64,000 nt of DNA from assembly GCA_030059675.1 (NCBI GenBank), contig JANVYQ010000004.1, positions 96,001 to 160,000 of the forward strand. Direction: 5' to 3'. The notes under the pieces were generated by a model. That model made no database searches. It was given only the letters and a program-made list of their open reading frames with translations, and was not told the DNA's origin. This document shows positions 8,889 through 19,400 of this stretch, piece by piece. The position numbers and the translations under genes are program-made. Each line of letters starts with the position of its first letter. The first letter of the stretch is position 1. This stretch comes from Candidatus Pelearchaeum maunauluense (GTDB lineage: Archaea > Thermoproteota > Nitrososphaeria_A > Caldarchaeales > Caldarchaeaceae).

Positions 8889-9962
8889 CCTGTAAGAAAT
8901 TTTAGAAGCTCACGCGGCTGGAAGACCCCTTTCTCCGTTATTATTGCGCTGACAAGCTCTGGCGGCGTGATGTCAAAAGCGGGATTTAACGCGTGTGCGC
9001 CGCGCGGCGTTATCCTTGTACGACCAACATAATGAACTTCATCCTCGGAACGATGCTCAATAACGACCTCGTCAACCCGCTTCCTGAGGTCAACCGTTGA
9101 CATGGGAGCAGCTACGTAGAAGGGAATTTTGAAGTAGTTCGCATTCACGGCAAGGGTTAGAGTCCCTATTTTATTTATTACGTGCCCCGTCTGCGCCAGT
9201 ATGCGGTCGGCGCCCACTATCACTTTATCCACCTTGCCCTGCGACATTAGAAACCCAGCCATGTTATCTGTTATGACTGTTGTAGGTATTCCGTCGCGCA
9301 TAAGTTCGAAGACTGTGAGGCGTGCTCCCTGGAGGCGAGGCCTAGTCTCACTGGCGTAAACCTCTATCCTCTTACCCTGCTCCACGGCAGCCCTTATGAC
9401 CCCCAGAGCTGTTCCATAGCCTACTGTGGCGAGTGCCCCCGCACTCTGCTGACCCAGCGGTAAACGGCTTGGGTCATTTACAGAGCGTGAGCACCCTATC
9501 GCCGTCGTTAAGCAGCTCGGCGCCAAACCTGCCTATCGCCTTATTCGTCTCCACATCCTCGTCAGCCATCTTTAGAGCTTCTAAGAGGACAGCTTGACGT
9601 ACGTCGTCAGCGTCTCCATCGGTTCTACGAGCCTTCTCCATCACCCGCTCAATAGCCCAGAATAGGTTAACGGCAGTAGGCCTGGTTGATGCTAGATACT
9701 TCGCAGCTTCCTCAAGCTCGTTAAGAATCTCTTCTCTGCTTTTTGCGTTGGACTTTACCGCGCAGAGGGCAAGTCCCATGGCGGCGGCAACGCCTATTGC
9801 TGGGGCTCCCCTAACAACCATGCGCTTAATAGCCTCACCAACCCCGCGGTAGTCTCTAAACCTTATAAAGCGAAACCTCTGGGGAAGGGCTGTCTGGTCT
9901 ATCATAACAACCTCAGACCTAGAGTCATCCCAGTAGATTGTTCGTATCTCCTTCTTCATCAT
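8885..9962 (-). CDS. mtnA: S-methyl-5-thioribose-1-phosphate isomerase (eIF2B-like family), two exons 9962-9478 and 9443-8885
   Basis: [46 protein letters not shown]; splicing 34 nt gives a 347-aa frame reading VLTLCNAGALAT. Confidence 0.88.
9444..9477 (-). other. Putative BHB/BHL-type intron in mtnA mRNA (34 nt)
   Basis: CUGU-AA^A-UGACCCA...UGGGUCA-GCAG-AG^U; contains the in-frame stop and accounts for the frame offset. Confidence 0.82.
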
Positions 9963-10020
9963 CAAAGAGATGAACGAAACCGCGGTGATTAAACATTTTC
10001 TCAGCATAGCGGGAGATGGT

Positions 10021-10992
10021 TCATGAGGAGGCGAGCGCCTCCTCTTCGTATGACAAGACGTCAACAGGTTTCCCAGTTTTAGCCGAGTGGAGTATGGCCT
10101 CCGCTACGAGCTCGGCGGTGTAACCATCACCCACCCCCACCAGCGGCTCTCTTTTACTCCTAACACACTCTATAAAATGCTCCAACTCAAGACGCAGCGG
10201 CTCACTATACTTTATCATAGGCATCTTAACCGCATCCGCTTTCTCTATGGTGAGCTCCTGTTCTATGAACTTTAAGCTAATCACACCATCATCACCAGTT
10301 ATGTGCATCTCCCTCTTCTTACGCGGCGTGAGCCAGTTAGCTTCTATGAGGGCGCTTCTCCCGTTGGTAAATGTGAGAGTAGCTTGTATGTGGTCTTCAA
10401 GTCTATGTCTCAAAGAGCCGCCGCGCGCATACACGTTGAGAGGTGTTGAGCCAAATATGTAGGTTGTTAAATCTATGTCATGTATCGCCGTGTCCTTGAC
10501 AACCCCCACGTCTCCTATCCTCTCAGGCCAGCTTCCAATCCTCCTACTATACGAGAGAATTATACTCCCTATCTCGCCCTGGTCAAGAAGCTCCTTAGCA
10601 GCTTTAACCACTGGGTTAAACCGCTCAAGAAACCCCACCATAACAACCGTATTACTGGATTTCGCGGCATCAACTATCTTTATAGAATCCTGTATGCTAG
10701 TGGCCATCGGCTTCTCAATCAATACCGATATTCCACGTTCTATTGCTTTTAGAGAAAGCTCGGCATGCGTGGTTGATGGTGTGCATATTGTTATAGCGTC
10801 TGGCTCCACTCTATCTAATAACGTATCATAGTCCGTGAAGTATTTTGGTATTTGGTACTTCTTGGCAGCGTTCTCTGCGCGTGTGGCGTCTATATCGCAG
10901 ACGCCAACTATAGTGCATCTTTCCAGCTCCCGAAGAATCCTCAAATGGTTTCTGCCCCAGAAGCCAGCGCCTGCTACGGCAACCCTAACCAT
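10021..10992 (-). CDS. Gfo/Idh/MocA oxidoreductase (UDP-GlcNAc 3-dehydrogenase-like)
   Basis: GAGFWG, EKP, ERFNP, DVGVVKDTAIHDID, WLTPRKKR. Confidence 0.88.
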   Translation of the reverse strand: MVRVAVAGAGFWGRNHLRILRELERCTIVGVCDIDATRAENAAKKYQIPKYFTDYDTLLDRVEPDAITICTPSTTHAELSLKAIERGISVLIEKPMATSIQDSIKIVDAAKSSNTVVMVGFLERFNPVVKAAKELLDQGEIGSIILSYSRRIGSWPERIGDVGVVKDTAIHDIDLTTYIFGSTPLNVYARGGSLRHRLEDHIQATLTFTNGRSALIEANWLTPRKKREMHITGDDGVISLKFIEQELTIEKADAVKMPMIKYSEPLRLELEHFIECVRSKREPLVGVGDGYTAELVAEAILHSAKTGKPVDVLSYEEEALASS

Positions 10993-11005
10993 GCCTCAGC
11001 CACAC

Positions 11006-12106
11006 CTAATCAATAAACGGTTTATTCAAATCTATCACGGTAAGCCTGTCCCTACACATCCTTGACATAGACTCCACCAAATAGCCAAACTCTGTGTAGA
11101 AGAGCAGTACGTCATAACCATGAATTATGCCATCTATGTCTTTTTCCTCCGAAAGCTCGTCAGACATCCTGTAGGAGACCCTGCATCTCTTGGATGGCAG
11201 AACCCCTGCAACTATATTCCTATCCTCCTTTGAGTCTATTACCGCCAACACGTTGATTTCCCCCTTTTTCTTGGCCAGCTCATTAACCCGACGCCTTGCG
11301 CGTATAAGTGTATCCTGGCTTAGAATCTTGTGAATGCGTATGGACTCCATCACAATTTTAGTAAGGCGGGGCTTGCTCCTCTCAAACCCAAATAGGTACC
11401 GCGTGGCGGCGAGCACCTCGTCATTATAGTTCTTGAATCCTGGGATGAGCCTTGACCCCCCAAGTCTAGCCGCTGCGATGAGCTCTAGGGCGACGGCGGA
11501 ACTAACGTATGTGTTTAGAAGGTTTAGGAGGGTTGCCATCTCCGCCTCCTCCAAGCTATCTAGATAAACTATCTCCCTGCCGAAGACATGCTTGACAAGC
11601 TGAGCGAGCCTGCTATCGTCGGTGCAGTAGGCTGGCTGCTTGCCAACTACCCTATGAGGGCATCCGAAGTATCCTATCTCCGCATCGTTAGCGAATTCAT
11701 AGAGTTGGATTCTCTCAATAAGCCTGACCGTAGAGCCGATGGGGTTGAGGCCGCTCAGTAATATACAATTACACTCTATATTCAGCTGTCCAAGCCCGCG
11801 TATGAGGTTCTCCACATCCCTGAATCTCTCCCCTTCGGGAGATAGTATGTTAGCGGAGACCCACACTACCTCAAACTCGCCGTCAACGGATGTCTTGCTT
11901 TTGAGCCTCTCGTCGGATACAAGCCTGATGAATTCGCGTCGTTTGATGAATTCACTCATTCGTGGATTGTATTTTAGTGCCTGTGATACTACGAATGGGT
12001 TTGGGGCGTAGAAAGTTGTTCGGAAGCCAGATAAGGCTGCTCTGCACGCTATCTCTACGCCGCCCACGTCAAGGTCTGCTACCAGTATATCGTTTTCCCG
12101 CGGCAG
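11006..12106 (-). CDS. Degenerate nucleotide-sugar dehydrogenase-like protein
   Basis: Remnants of the UDP-glucose/GDP-mannose dehydrogenase fold (ILVADLDVGG, CPHRV, SLEEAEMATLLN); start may be CTG 12106 or GTG 12067. Confidence 0.5.
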   Translation of the reverse strand: MPRENDILVADLDVGGVEIACRAALSGFRTTFYAPNPFVVSQALKYNPRMSEFIKRREFIRLVSDERLKSKTSVDGEFEVVWVSANILSPEGERFRDVENLIRGLGQLNIECNCILLSGLNPIGSTVRLIERIQLYEFANDAEIGYFGCPHRVVGKQPAYCTDDSRLAQLVKHVFGREIVYLDSLEEAEMATLLNLLNTYVSSAVALELIAAARLGGSRLIPGFKNYNDEVLAATRYLFGFERSKPRLTKIVMESIRIHKILSQDTLIRARRRVNELAKKKGEINVLAVIDSKEDRNIVAGVLPSKRCRVSYRMSDELSEEKDIDGIIHGYDVLLFYTEFGYLVESMSRMCRDRLTVIDLNKPFID

Positions 12107-12107
12107 C

Positions 12108-12359
12108 TCACTCCACCCTCAGCATTATCCTATAGAGCCAGAACTCGGTAAGTCTCTCCCATACAAACACCCAAACAGCGAAAGCAAACAACCCCACAAA
12201 AACTCTTGCAGCTGACATAAACATGTCGCCAGCCACCTGCCCCTCAGGCAACGTTATGAGCACGCTTAAGATAACCGAGACGCCTAGGAAGAGTGCCCAG
12301 ATTATCGTAAGCAATATAATTAGCATGAAAATCTTAACTCCTGGCTTATCTCCCTGCAT
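12108..12359 (-). CDS. Small two-TM membrane protein
   Basis: Two hydrophobic helices; tightly packed in the glycosylation operon. Confidence 0.65.
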   Translation of the reverse strand: MQGDKPGVKIFMLIILLTIIWALFLGVSVILSVLITLPEGQVAGDMFMSAARVFVGLFAFAVWVFVWERLTEFWLYRIMLRVE

Positions 12360-12363
12360 GATA

Positions 12364-13362
12364 TCACCCTATAAGGAGGAACTGGGTTATTAACGCTAGT
12401 ATAGCCGCGTACGCGGAGAGCATAGCCATGTAGCGCACCACCCTGGGCTCTGTCATGGGCTGTATGGCTGTTATAAGCCGAACAAGCGTAACGGGCGAGT
12501 CCCTGTCGCGGCTGGCGTATAGCTTGCCGTTCTTAACCTCAACAGGTCTCTTGGCCAGGTATCGCGCGCTCTTAAGGCCGCCGATGGAGAAGATTATGTG
12601 GAACTCGTTCATTATTTGGGGCATCAGCGCTATTATCGCCGCCACCTCCATCTTGCCCACTATGGCTATGGTCGCTATCGTCGCCCCCACGAAGAGGCTT
12701 CCCACGTTTCCAGCGAATATCTTGGAGGGATACTTATTCTGTGTTAGGAAGGCTATGAGAGAGCCAAGTAGTGTTAGTGATATGATGAACGCCTCATACT
12801 CGCCCTGCAGGTAGCTTATGAAGATCAGTGGAATGAGCGCTATGATGGACATTAACGCCATAGAGCCGTTTAGCACGTCTGTACTATTAACGGCGTTTGA
12901 CAAGACTGCGTAGCCAGCTATTATGAGGAGGGGATAAACTAGGAACATTCTAGTCTGACCTATGAATGGAAGCTCTGGAGTAGGTGAATAAACACCGAAT
13001 AGTATTATCGGCAGGCCAGCCAGAGAAATTAGAAGAGGCTTTAGTATGGGGTTAAGCTCGCGTAGGTCTTCAAGGAGGCCTATTGAGGAGGCTATGATCG
13101 CGGATAGGAGATAAGCTACAAATACTGTTGCATAGATATTGTAAATAATCGCCGCGGCCGTTAATGGTATTAGTGTGCCGAGGAATATTGCTAGGCCGCC
13201 CAGCTTGGGTATTAAGGGCTTATCGGGCTTATGCACATCGGAGCCCATGGCTCCTATACTTGATGATAGCCGTTTAACGAGGGGGATGAGAATTAGCGTG
13301 ATGAGGAACGCAGAAACAAAAATCATAACAACAAACAACACGTTAGGCTGTGGAGACAACAT
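12364..13362 (-). CDS. Polyprenyl-phosphate GlcNAc-1-phosphate transferase (GT family 4 / AglH/Alg7-like)
   Basis: GSDVHKP, GGLAI, GLLED, NAVNSTDVLNG, YPSKIFAGNVG. Confidence 0.88.
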   Translation of the reverse strand: MLSPQPNVLFVVMIFVSAFLITLILIPLVKRLSSSIGAMGSDVHKPDKPLIPKLGGLAIFLGTLIPLTAAAIIYNIYATVFVAYLLSAIIASSIGLLEDLRELNPILKPLLISLAGLPIILFGVYSPTPELPFIGQTRMFLVYPLLIIAGYAVLSNAVNSTDVLNGSMALMSIIALIPLIFISYLQGEYEAFIISLTLLGSLIAFLTQNKYPSKIFAGNVGSLFVGATIATIAIVGKMEVAAIIALMPQIMNEFHIIFSIGGLKSARYLAKRPVEVKNGKLYASRDRDSPVTLVRLITAIQPMTEPRVVRYMAMLSAYAAILALITQFLLIG

Positions 13363-13464
13363 CCCAACGTCCAGCCCTATGATGTTTGTTTTAGTCTTTT
13401 CTCAGTTTAGAAGGTTAAATTATGGTGTCGCAAGGTTCTAATGGTTTAGAATAAGGGTTGCGCT

Positions 13465-14529
13465 ATGCTGGTTTGGATTGATATACTTACACCAAAACAA
13501 TTCTGGTTTTTCACATCTCTGGAGAAGCGGCTAAAAGCTCTTGGACTTGATGTCATGCTAACTTCACGTAGATATGAGCAGGTCTTGCCGCTGATAGAGG
13601 CGGTGGGGAGGGATGATATAATTATAGTGGGCGAGTATGGAGGAGGTAGTCTGGAGGGGAAGCTCCGCGCCAGCATAGCGCGGAGTATGGAGCTGGCCGA
13701 GCATATTATAAACAGCGCACCGGCGTTGGCTGTATCCAGCGGGTCGCCAGAAGCGGCCAGGATAGCATATGGCCTGGCAATCCCCCATATACTGGCATCA
13801 GACACCCCACATTCTCCAGTGAATAGCCTCTGCGCACCACTCTCGCGACGCATATTCACGCCTTGGATAATAGGGAAAACCCCTTGGACGAAGTATGGTG
13901 TAAGGCCGCGTAGCATCACGCTATACAGGGGGCTTGACCCAATAGCATGGCTTGACGAGATGCCGCATGATAAAAGCGTGTTAAGACAATACGACCTGAG
14001 GGAAAATAACTACATAGTTATACGCGGCTCGGAGTTTAAAGCCGCTTATCTAGGAGAGGAGTATCTAACCCAGTTCATAGAGTTGGTGCGCAAGTTGGCC
14101 GAGGTAAGCGCTGGTTATGATGTTGTTGTTATGCCGCGCTATGGTGATGAGGTTAAGAGGCTTGAGGATGTTTTAGACTCTAGTGTTAAGATAGTTAAGA
14201 AGCCCGTGGTGGGCTCGGCAATTCTGAGATACTCGTCATCATTTATCGGAGGCGGTGGAACCATGACTCAAGAAGCCGCCCTGATGGGCGTGCCAGTATT
14301 TTCCATATATCCAAAAAAGCTGCCAGAAGTCATCTCATTCCTCATCAGACAGGGGCTTGTAAAAAGGCCTAGAAACGTGCCTAGCCTAGTCCAGGAAGTT
14401 AAGCGTATTCTCAGGGATGTGGATTATTTCAAGGAAAGATATACACGGCTCGCCAGACGGATTAGAGAAACTATGCGCAACCCTGCTGTTGAGATAGCGC
14501 ACCACATAAAGAGGAGCGAATTCACCTAA
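13465..14529 (+). CDS. DUF354 family GT-B fold protein
   Basis: VWIDILTPKQ, VGEYGG, SSGSPEAARIAYGL, GGGGTMTQEAALMGVP. Confidence 0.85.
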   Translation: MLVWIDILTPKQFWFFTSLEKRLKALGLDVMLTSRRYEQVLPLIEAVGRDDIIIVGEYGGGSLEGKLRASIARSMELAEHIINSAPALAVSSGSPEAARIAYGLAIPHILASDTPHSPVNSLCAPLSRRIFTPWIIGKTPWTKYGVRPRSITLYRGLDPIAWLDEMPHDKSVLRQYDLRENNYIVIRGSEFKAAYLGEEYLTQFIELVRKLAEVSAGYDVVVMPRYGDEVKRLEDVLDSSVKIVKKPVVGSAILRYSSSFIGGGGTMTQEAALMGVPVFSIYPKKLPEVISFLIRQGLVKRPRNVPSLVQEVKRILRDVDYFKERYTRLARRIRETMRNPAVEIAHHIKRSEFT

Positions 14530-16144
14530 GCTGACTACGTAGGATAGCTATCGCATCCCTCACACTACTCTCTGAAGATTTCAACGCTTTACGGTAGCTG
14601 CTAAACACGCGCTCATAGACATGCTTTGTAAGCCTTCCAGACCTGGCATCATCGTAGGAACGCTGTAATGCTTGCAACGTAGTAATAATATCATCAAACG
14701 CCGACTCTATACTCTTAACGGCGCCTATGGCATCTGGCACGGCCTTCTCAACTCTCCTCCTCATCTCCATTACTCTATCCCTAGCGCGCCTGACGCTGGA
14801 AATCTTCTCTTCAAACAATGCTCTCTGGGAGGAGCCGAAAGATGATGAATCAGGTCTTATATTTTCAACCAGGCGTTGATAGCTGGTGAGTGTTTCCTGG
14901 ACTATTGATACTATCTCCTGCAGCGTGTTTTTTACCTCTCCACTCATACGATACGCCACCTTTGATGGTGTTTTCATCTTCCTGACAACCGCCGTTACCG
15001 CCGCTGCGAGAATTATCCCAGCCCATATCGCTGGTGTCAGGGCTGACGGTATCGCGGCTGGCTTGAAGCTAAGTAGTATGCTTGTGTTTGGTAGGATAAC
15101 TAGGTTGGAGAGCTTAACGGTTATTTCTTTGCGGTCTTGGTACAACGGCTTCAACGCCCATTCCTCGCCTGTAATGGCCTTGACATCACCAGGGGGAGTA
15201 ATCACGGTTATGAAATAATCCACTATCGTAGCATTCAACAGTTTGGGCGGATGCACCACTATCCTATCCTGAAGAACATCCACCAACCCGCTGTACTGGA
15301 ATTGTATGTAAATTCCAGCCCTCTCACCAGACCTGAGAGGCTGTTTCAAGATAACCCGCAGCCTCTCAGCCTTCTCATTAAGCTGCGTTTGGAGAGGCTC
15401 TATCCCGTTGGTAACCCTTTTCAAAGATGCTCCAGATGGGAAGAAAATATCCACATCGTTGATCGTTCTCTCTCCATCGTTACGTACTTTGATGTAGAGG
15501 TTTGCCTGGGGCTCTCCCTGGAGGTCTATGCTCACTTCAGCTCTCTCAATAGTCAATAACTTCATGTCTCCTATGTCTATCGTTATGCTCCCTGCCTTGA
15601 CTTGGTTAGGTAGTATGTCGCGTAATGTTGCTGTGGCTGTTGTTTTCTCCTCATCCAACTTGAATTCGGCGCCGTTTGCTGCGGTTATTGTTGCCCCTTC
15701 TGGTACTTTCATGGATAGGCGTAGCTCGCTAATCCTCTCCTCCATCAGCGGCGTGAGCGACATTATGAGCCTATACTTGTTCGCCTCCTCTGTCTTCAAC
15801 AGCATATCACGCCAAACAGTAACCAACGACGCAGACGTGCCTGAAGGCCAGCTATTGACGGGCTTGAGGATGAAGTAGAGAGCACCGTTATCTCCTCTCT
15901 CTAGGCTTATTGAAGCCTCCGCGCCGCTTACGTAGTATCCTAGGAGCTTGTCAGCCATGTCTTCGGTAAAACCTATCCTAATCTCAGCCTGCGGGGTCTG
16001 CGGGGAGACGCTGTCGGTTACGTATATGAGGCCACTATCCACAAGCTCTATACTCCTACTAACCCCCTGAAGCTGAGGAACAGCAGTAGGGGTTAGGATG
16101 AGCGCAATAGCCATGAGGCCCAGAACTAGAAGCGCAGCCCTCAA
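14522..16144 (-). CDS. Type I membrane protein, ribophorin-I-like architecture
   Basis: Signal peptide, two beta-rich repeats, one TM helix (IWAGIILAAAVTAVV), C-terminal helical bundle. Confidence 0.6.
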   Translation of the reverse strand: MRAALLVLGLMAIALILTPTAVPQLQGVSRSIELVDSGLIYVTDSVSPQTPQAEIRIGFTEDMADKLLGYYVSGAEASISLERGDNGALYFILKPVNSWPSGTSASLVTVWRDMLLKTEEANKYRLIMSLTPLMEERISELRLSMKVPEGATITAANGAEFKLDEEKTTATATLRDILPNQVKAGSITIDIGDMKLLTIERAEVSIDLQGEPQANLYIKVRNDGERTINDVDIFFPSGASLKRVTNGIEPLQTQLNEKAERLRVILKQPLRSGERAGIYIQFQYSGLVDVLQDRIVVHPPKLLNATIVDYFITVITPPGDVKAITGEEWALKPLYQDRKEITVKLSNLVILPNTSILLSFKPAAIPSALTPAIWAGIILAAAVTAVVRKMKTPSKVAYRMSGEVKNTLQEIVSIVQETLTSYQRLVENIRPDSSSFGSSQRALFEEKISSVRRARDRVMEMRRRVEKAVPDAIGAVKSIESAFDDIITTLQALQRSYDDARSGRLTKHVYERVFSSYRKALKSSESSVRDAIAILRSQLR

Positions 16145-16302
16145 CAGCCACCAGCCCAGAGCCCATACTCCCTAAAATAATAACCTTTGACGCTCCCATA
16201 CCAAGAAAGAAAGGACATAAATCCCATCCATACACAGCCGACAACGTTAAGAAAGACCTTAACACCACACAGGGGGGTTGGAGGGCAGAGTACCCCATGG
16301 AT

Positions 16303-16417
16303 GGGCCCGTAGCCTAGAATGGATAGGGCGTCGGCCTGCGGAGCCGGAGAGGGACAGCATGAAAAAGGGAGCGCGGTCCCCCGCAAGTCCCGGGTTCAAG
16401 TCCCGGCGGGCCCACCA
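16303..16417 (+). tRNA. tRNA-Arg(GCG) with 37-nt intron at 45/46 (16350-16386) and encoded CCA
   Basis: GGGCCCG acceptor stem, anticodon arm TCGGC-CTGCGGA-GCCGG, T arm CCGGG-TTCAAGT-CCCGG; splicing restores the AGGTC variable loop. Confidence 0.9.
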
Positions 16418-16428
16418 TCACCGTTGGT

Positions 16429-19400
16429 TTAGGCCTGTTTTATGCTTATTTCTTCGGTCTGGGCTCTGAGCTGCTCAAGCACTTCTTGGTAGTCTTTCTC
16501 TCCTGCTTCTATCCTGTCCATCAGCTCTTCAAGTCTTCGTGTCGTCTCTTCGGATACGTACTTGCCGTAGTTTTCCTCAAGGTATTGGTAGATTGTTCTT
16601 CCTTTCTTGGTTGGTATTATGCGGCCGCGGTTAGCGAAGACATAGCCGCGTTCAAAGAGCACTCGTACTATCTTGCTGTATGTGCTTGGCCTGCCTATTC
16701 CCCTCTCCCGCATGAGCGTTATTATGTCTCCCTCGGTGTAGGGCCAGGCTGCTGGGACAGTCTTGACGCTGAAATCAACAACCCTATACCTGCCCTCCTC
16801 AACCCTCTTGGATACACTTATGGTTGGGAACACCTTGTTGAATCCTGGATGCAGCACCTCTACGACAGCATCAACCTCAAGCTCGTACGTGCTGAGTCTT
16901 GCCTTGTATTTCTGGCCTGCCACTACCGCGGCCTCCATCTGACTAGCTATAAACCTCCTGAATATCAGGTCATACAGCCTGAGATGCCTCTCTGTTATCG
17001 CCACAGTAGGCTTGATTATCCCAATCTGTATATACTGCTGGAGCTTATTCCTATCCAAGGGCCTTACAGGCCTTATACATTCGTGAGCGCCCTCACGGGC
17101 ATAGGTGCGTGCTATGAACTCGCCCAGCTTATTCGTCTGGATATACTCACGTGCTATATTCAAGCCTACGCTTGACACCGTTGTGGCGTCTGTCCTATGA
17201 TATGTTATGAAACCGCTCTCAAAGAGCTCCTGCGCTATCTGCATAGTTGTATCAACCGAGAAGCGTAGATAAGCAAACGCATCGCGTAGGAGTGTTGCCG
17301 TAATATATGGTGGATATGGATTGAGCTCGCGCACTTCCTCATGGACATCAGTAACCTCAACAAAAAGCGCTTCCTTATCCAAGTCTTGAGCCTCGGTTGG
17401 GTTTTCAAAGGATAGCTCCAACCCATTCTCCAAGACCGTTCTCAGTATTGTCTTCCGTTTTTTGGCCTCCTCCATGCGCTTAACTATCCACCCCAGAACT
17501 GGTGTCTGGACCCTCCCCGCCGAGTGGCCGCGAGAGCCGAACCTCTCCCAGAGCCGTCTACTAAGCTCAAAGCCAAGCCAGCGGTCTTCTATTCTCCTGA
17601 CAAGCTGAGCCGCCACCAAGTTATCCGAGACCTTACGCTTCTCAGAAAGCGCGCGCAGCAGGGCTTTCCGCGTAACCTCGTGAAACTCCAGCCGGTATAT
17701 GTTGGGGTTATAGGGCTGTAGGGCTGATGTTATGTCATACGCTATCTTCTCCCCCTCCGCATCTGGGTCGGTGGCTACGTAAACCTCATTAACAGAGAGG
17801 GCAGCCTTACGCAGAGCCTCTATTATATCCTGCTTAGAGAAGACATCTCTACTACCGCATGAGGGGCAGCTGTCCTCCTCCACGAATTGATACCCGCATC
17901 TTCTACATCTCTTGATGGGTGAGAAGACGGGTAAGAATCTTCCATCATCTATCAAGACGCCGTAGAAGCCTGGGGATATTGCGAGGTCTGTTACATGCCC
18001 CATGGTCGCTGCTATCTGGAGAACCACCCCACCGCTGCTCGTTGTATAGAGCGTTAAATCCCCCACACGACGCTTATACGGCTTACCGAAGAACTTGGCA
18101 AACGTCTTAGCTTTAGTAGGCGACTCAACTATCATCAAGGCTTCACGCGCTATGCTCGTCCGCGGAATTGTTATCTGGCCAGCCCTTATCTGGGCTATAA
18201 CCTCCCTCTCGCGGTCAACCTCGCCGAATTGGCGTCTGGCCTCCTCCACCGTGTATTCAATCCAGTCAAAGTCCTCCAAGACGAGCTTCAGACGGCGCGT
18301 TAAGCCCGTGAAGGTCTTCTCATCATCAACCAGTAATATGCTCACGCCGCGGCTAACTCCCGCAGCGTAGAGGCGGGATGTTCTTCCAGAGGCTTGCAAA
18401 TAGCCGTAGGTGTCTGGTATGATTATGTAAAACGAGTCGTCGCGTACGCGTATGGTTATGTCGGATGATTCCTCAACCCTCTCAAGAAAATCTGGAGTCA
18501 GCAAACCCTGTATAAACTCTGTCGCTTGTTTAACTATCCGAACCAAGTAGCCCAGCTGGCCGCCTGGTGTTTTCCCAGACTGGAGAGCCTCCCTAACCCT
18601 ATCCACAGAATCTCTACGCATGGGGACAATCCTTCTCAAGCTCTGAAGTATCTGCAGCGCCCTTGGCTTGACATCTTCATCTATTATGTCAATGACGTTG
18701 CTTAATAGAGCGAATAGCTTATTCGGGTTTGTTTCGTCTTTCTCCATTTTGACCTCTCTGCGCGGGACTCCGACGAAGATGGCGTATCTGACTGTTTCTG
18801 GCAGGTCTATCCCGCGTGCGAATGGGCTGCGGCCAGAAGATAGGCCGACTAGCGCGTCAAACTCGCCGGCCTTAAACCGATCAAGTATGCCCTCCTCCAT
18901 AGTCTCGTAGAAGTAAGCCCTTATCCCCTTCTCAACAAGCTTCTCTGTCAGACGTCGTGCAAAGCTCTTACCCCGCGCAACTGGTGTGTATACAAGCGCC
19001 CCCTTCCCATGCTCCTTTAGGAGCTCAACAGTACGCGAGAGGAGCTTCTCTTCCCGCAGATAAAAATCAGCTATGTTTCTGACGAATTTAGGACTGGTGC
19101 CAGGCTCGAAGTCAAGGAGCTCTGAGAAAATCAATACGCGACGCGTGGTTTTTGGTCTTAGTGTTGCACCAGCCACTATGAGCCTACCGTGCTTCTCCTT
19201 CTTAAGCCGCTCAATATAGCTACTCAACATATCATACTCATGTTCAAGCTTCCTATCATCTACATAGCTCAGACGCCGCCTAAGCTCTATAAGCCTCAAA
19301 GCCTTATCTACAACATCTGGCTCAAATCCCAAAACCATAACAACCCTATCAATATTCTTAGGGGACTTGAGGAACGAATCCACATCATCTACAAAGACGT

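Noticed and set aside
8885-10064. mtnA as a frameshifted pseudogene or programmed-frameshift gene
   Set aside because: Both halves are intact, and a precise 34-nt excision at BHB-type positions restores the motif. A simple frameshift would leave about 11 extra residues in the active site.
16141-16469. Short ORFs of 63-81 aa around 16.1-16.5 kb
   Set aside because: They overlap the tRNA-Arg gene and its promoter and have no protein-like features.
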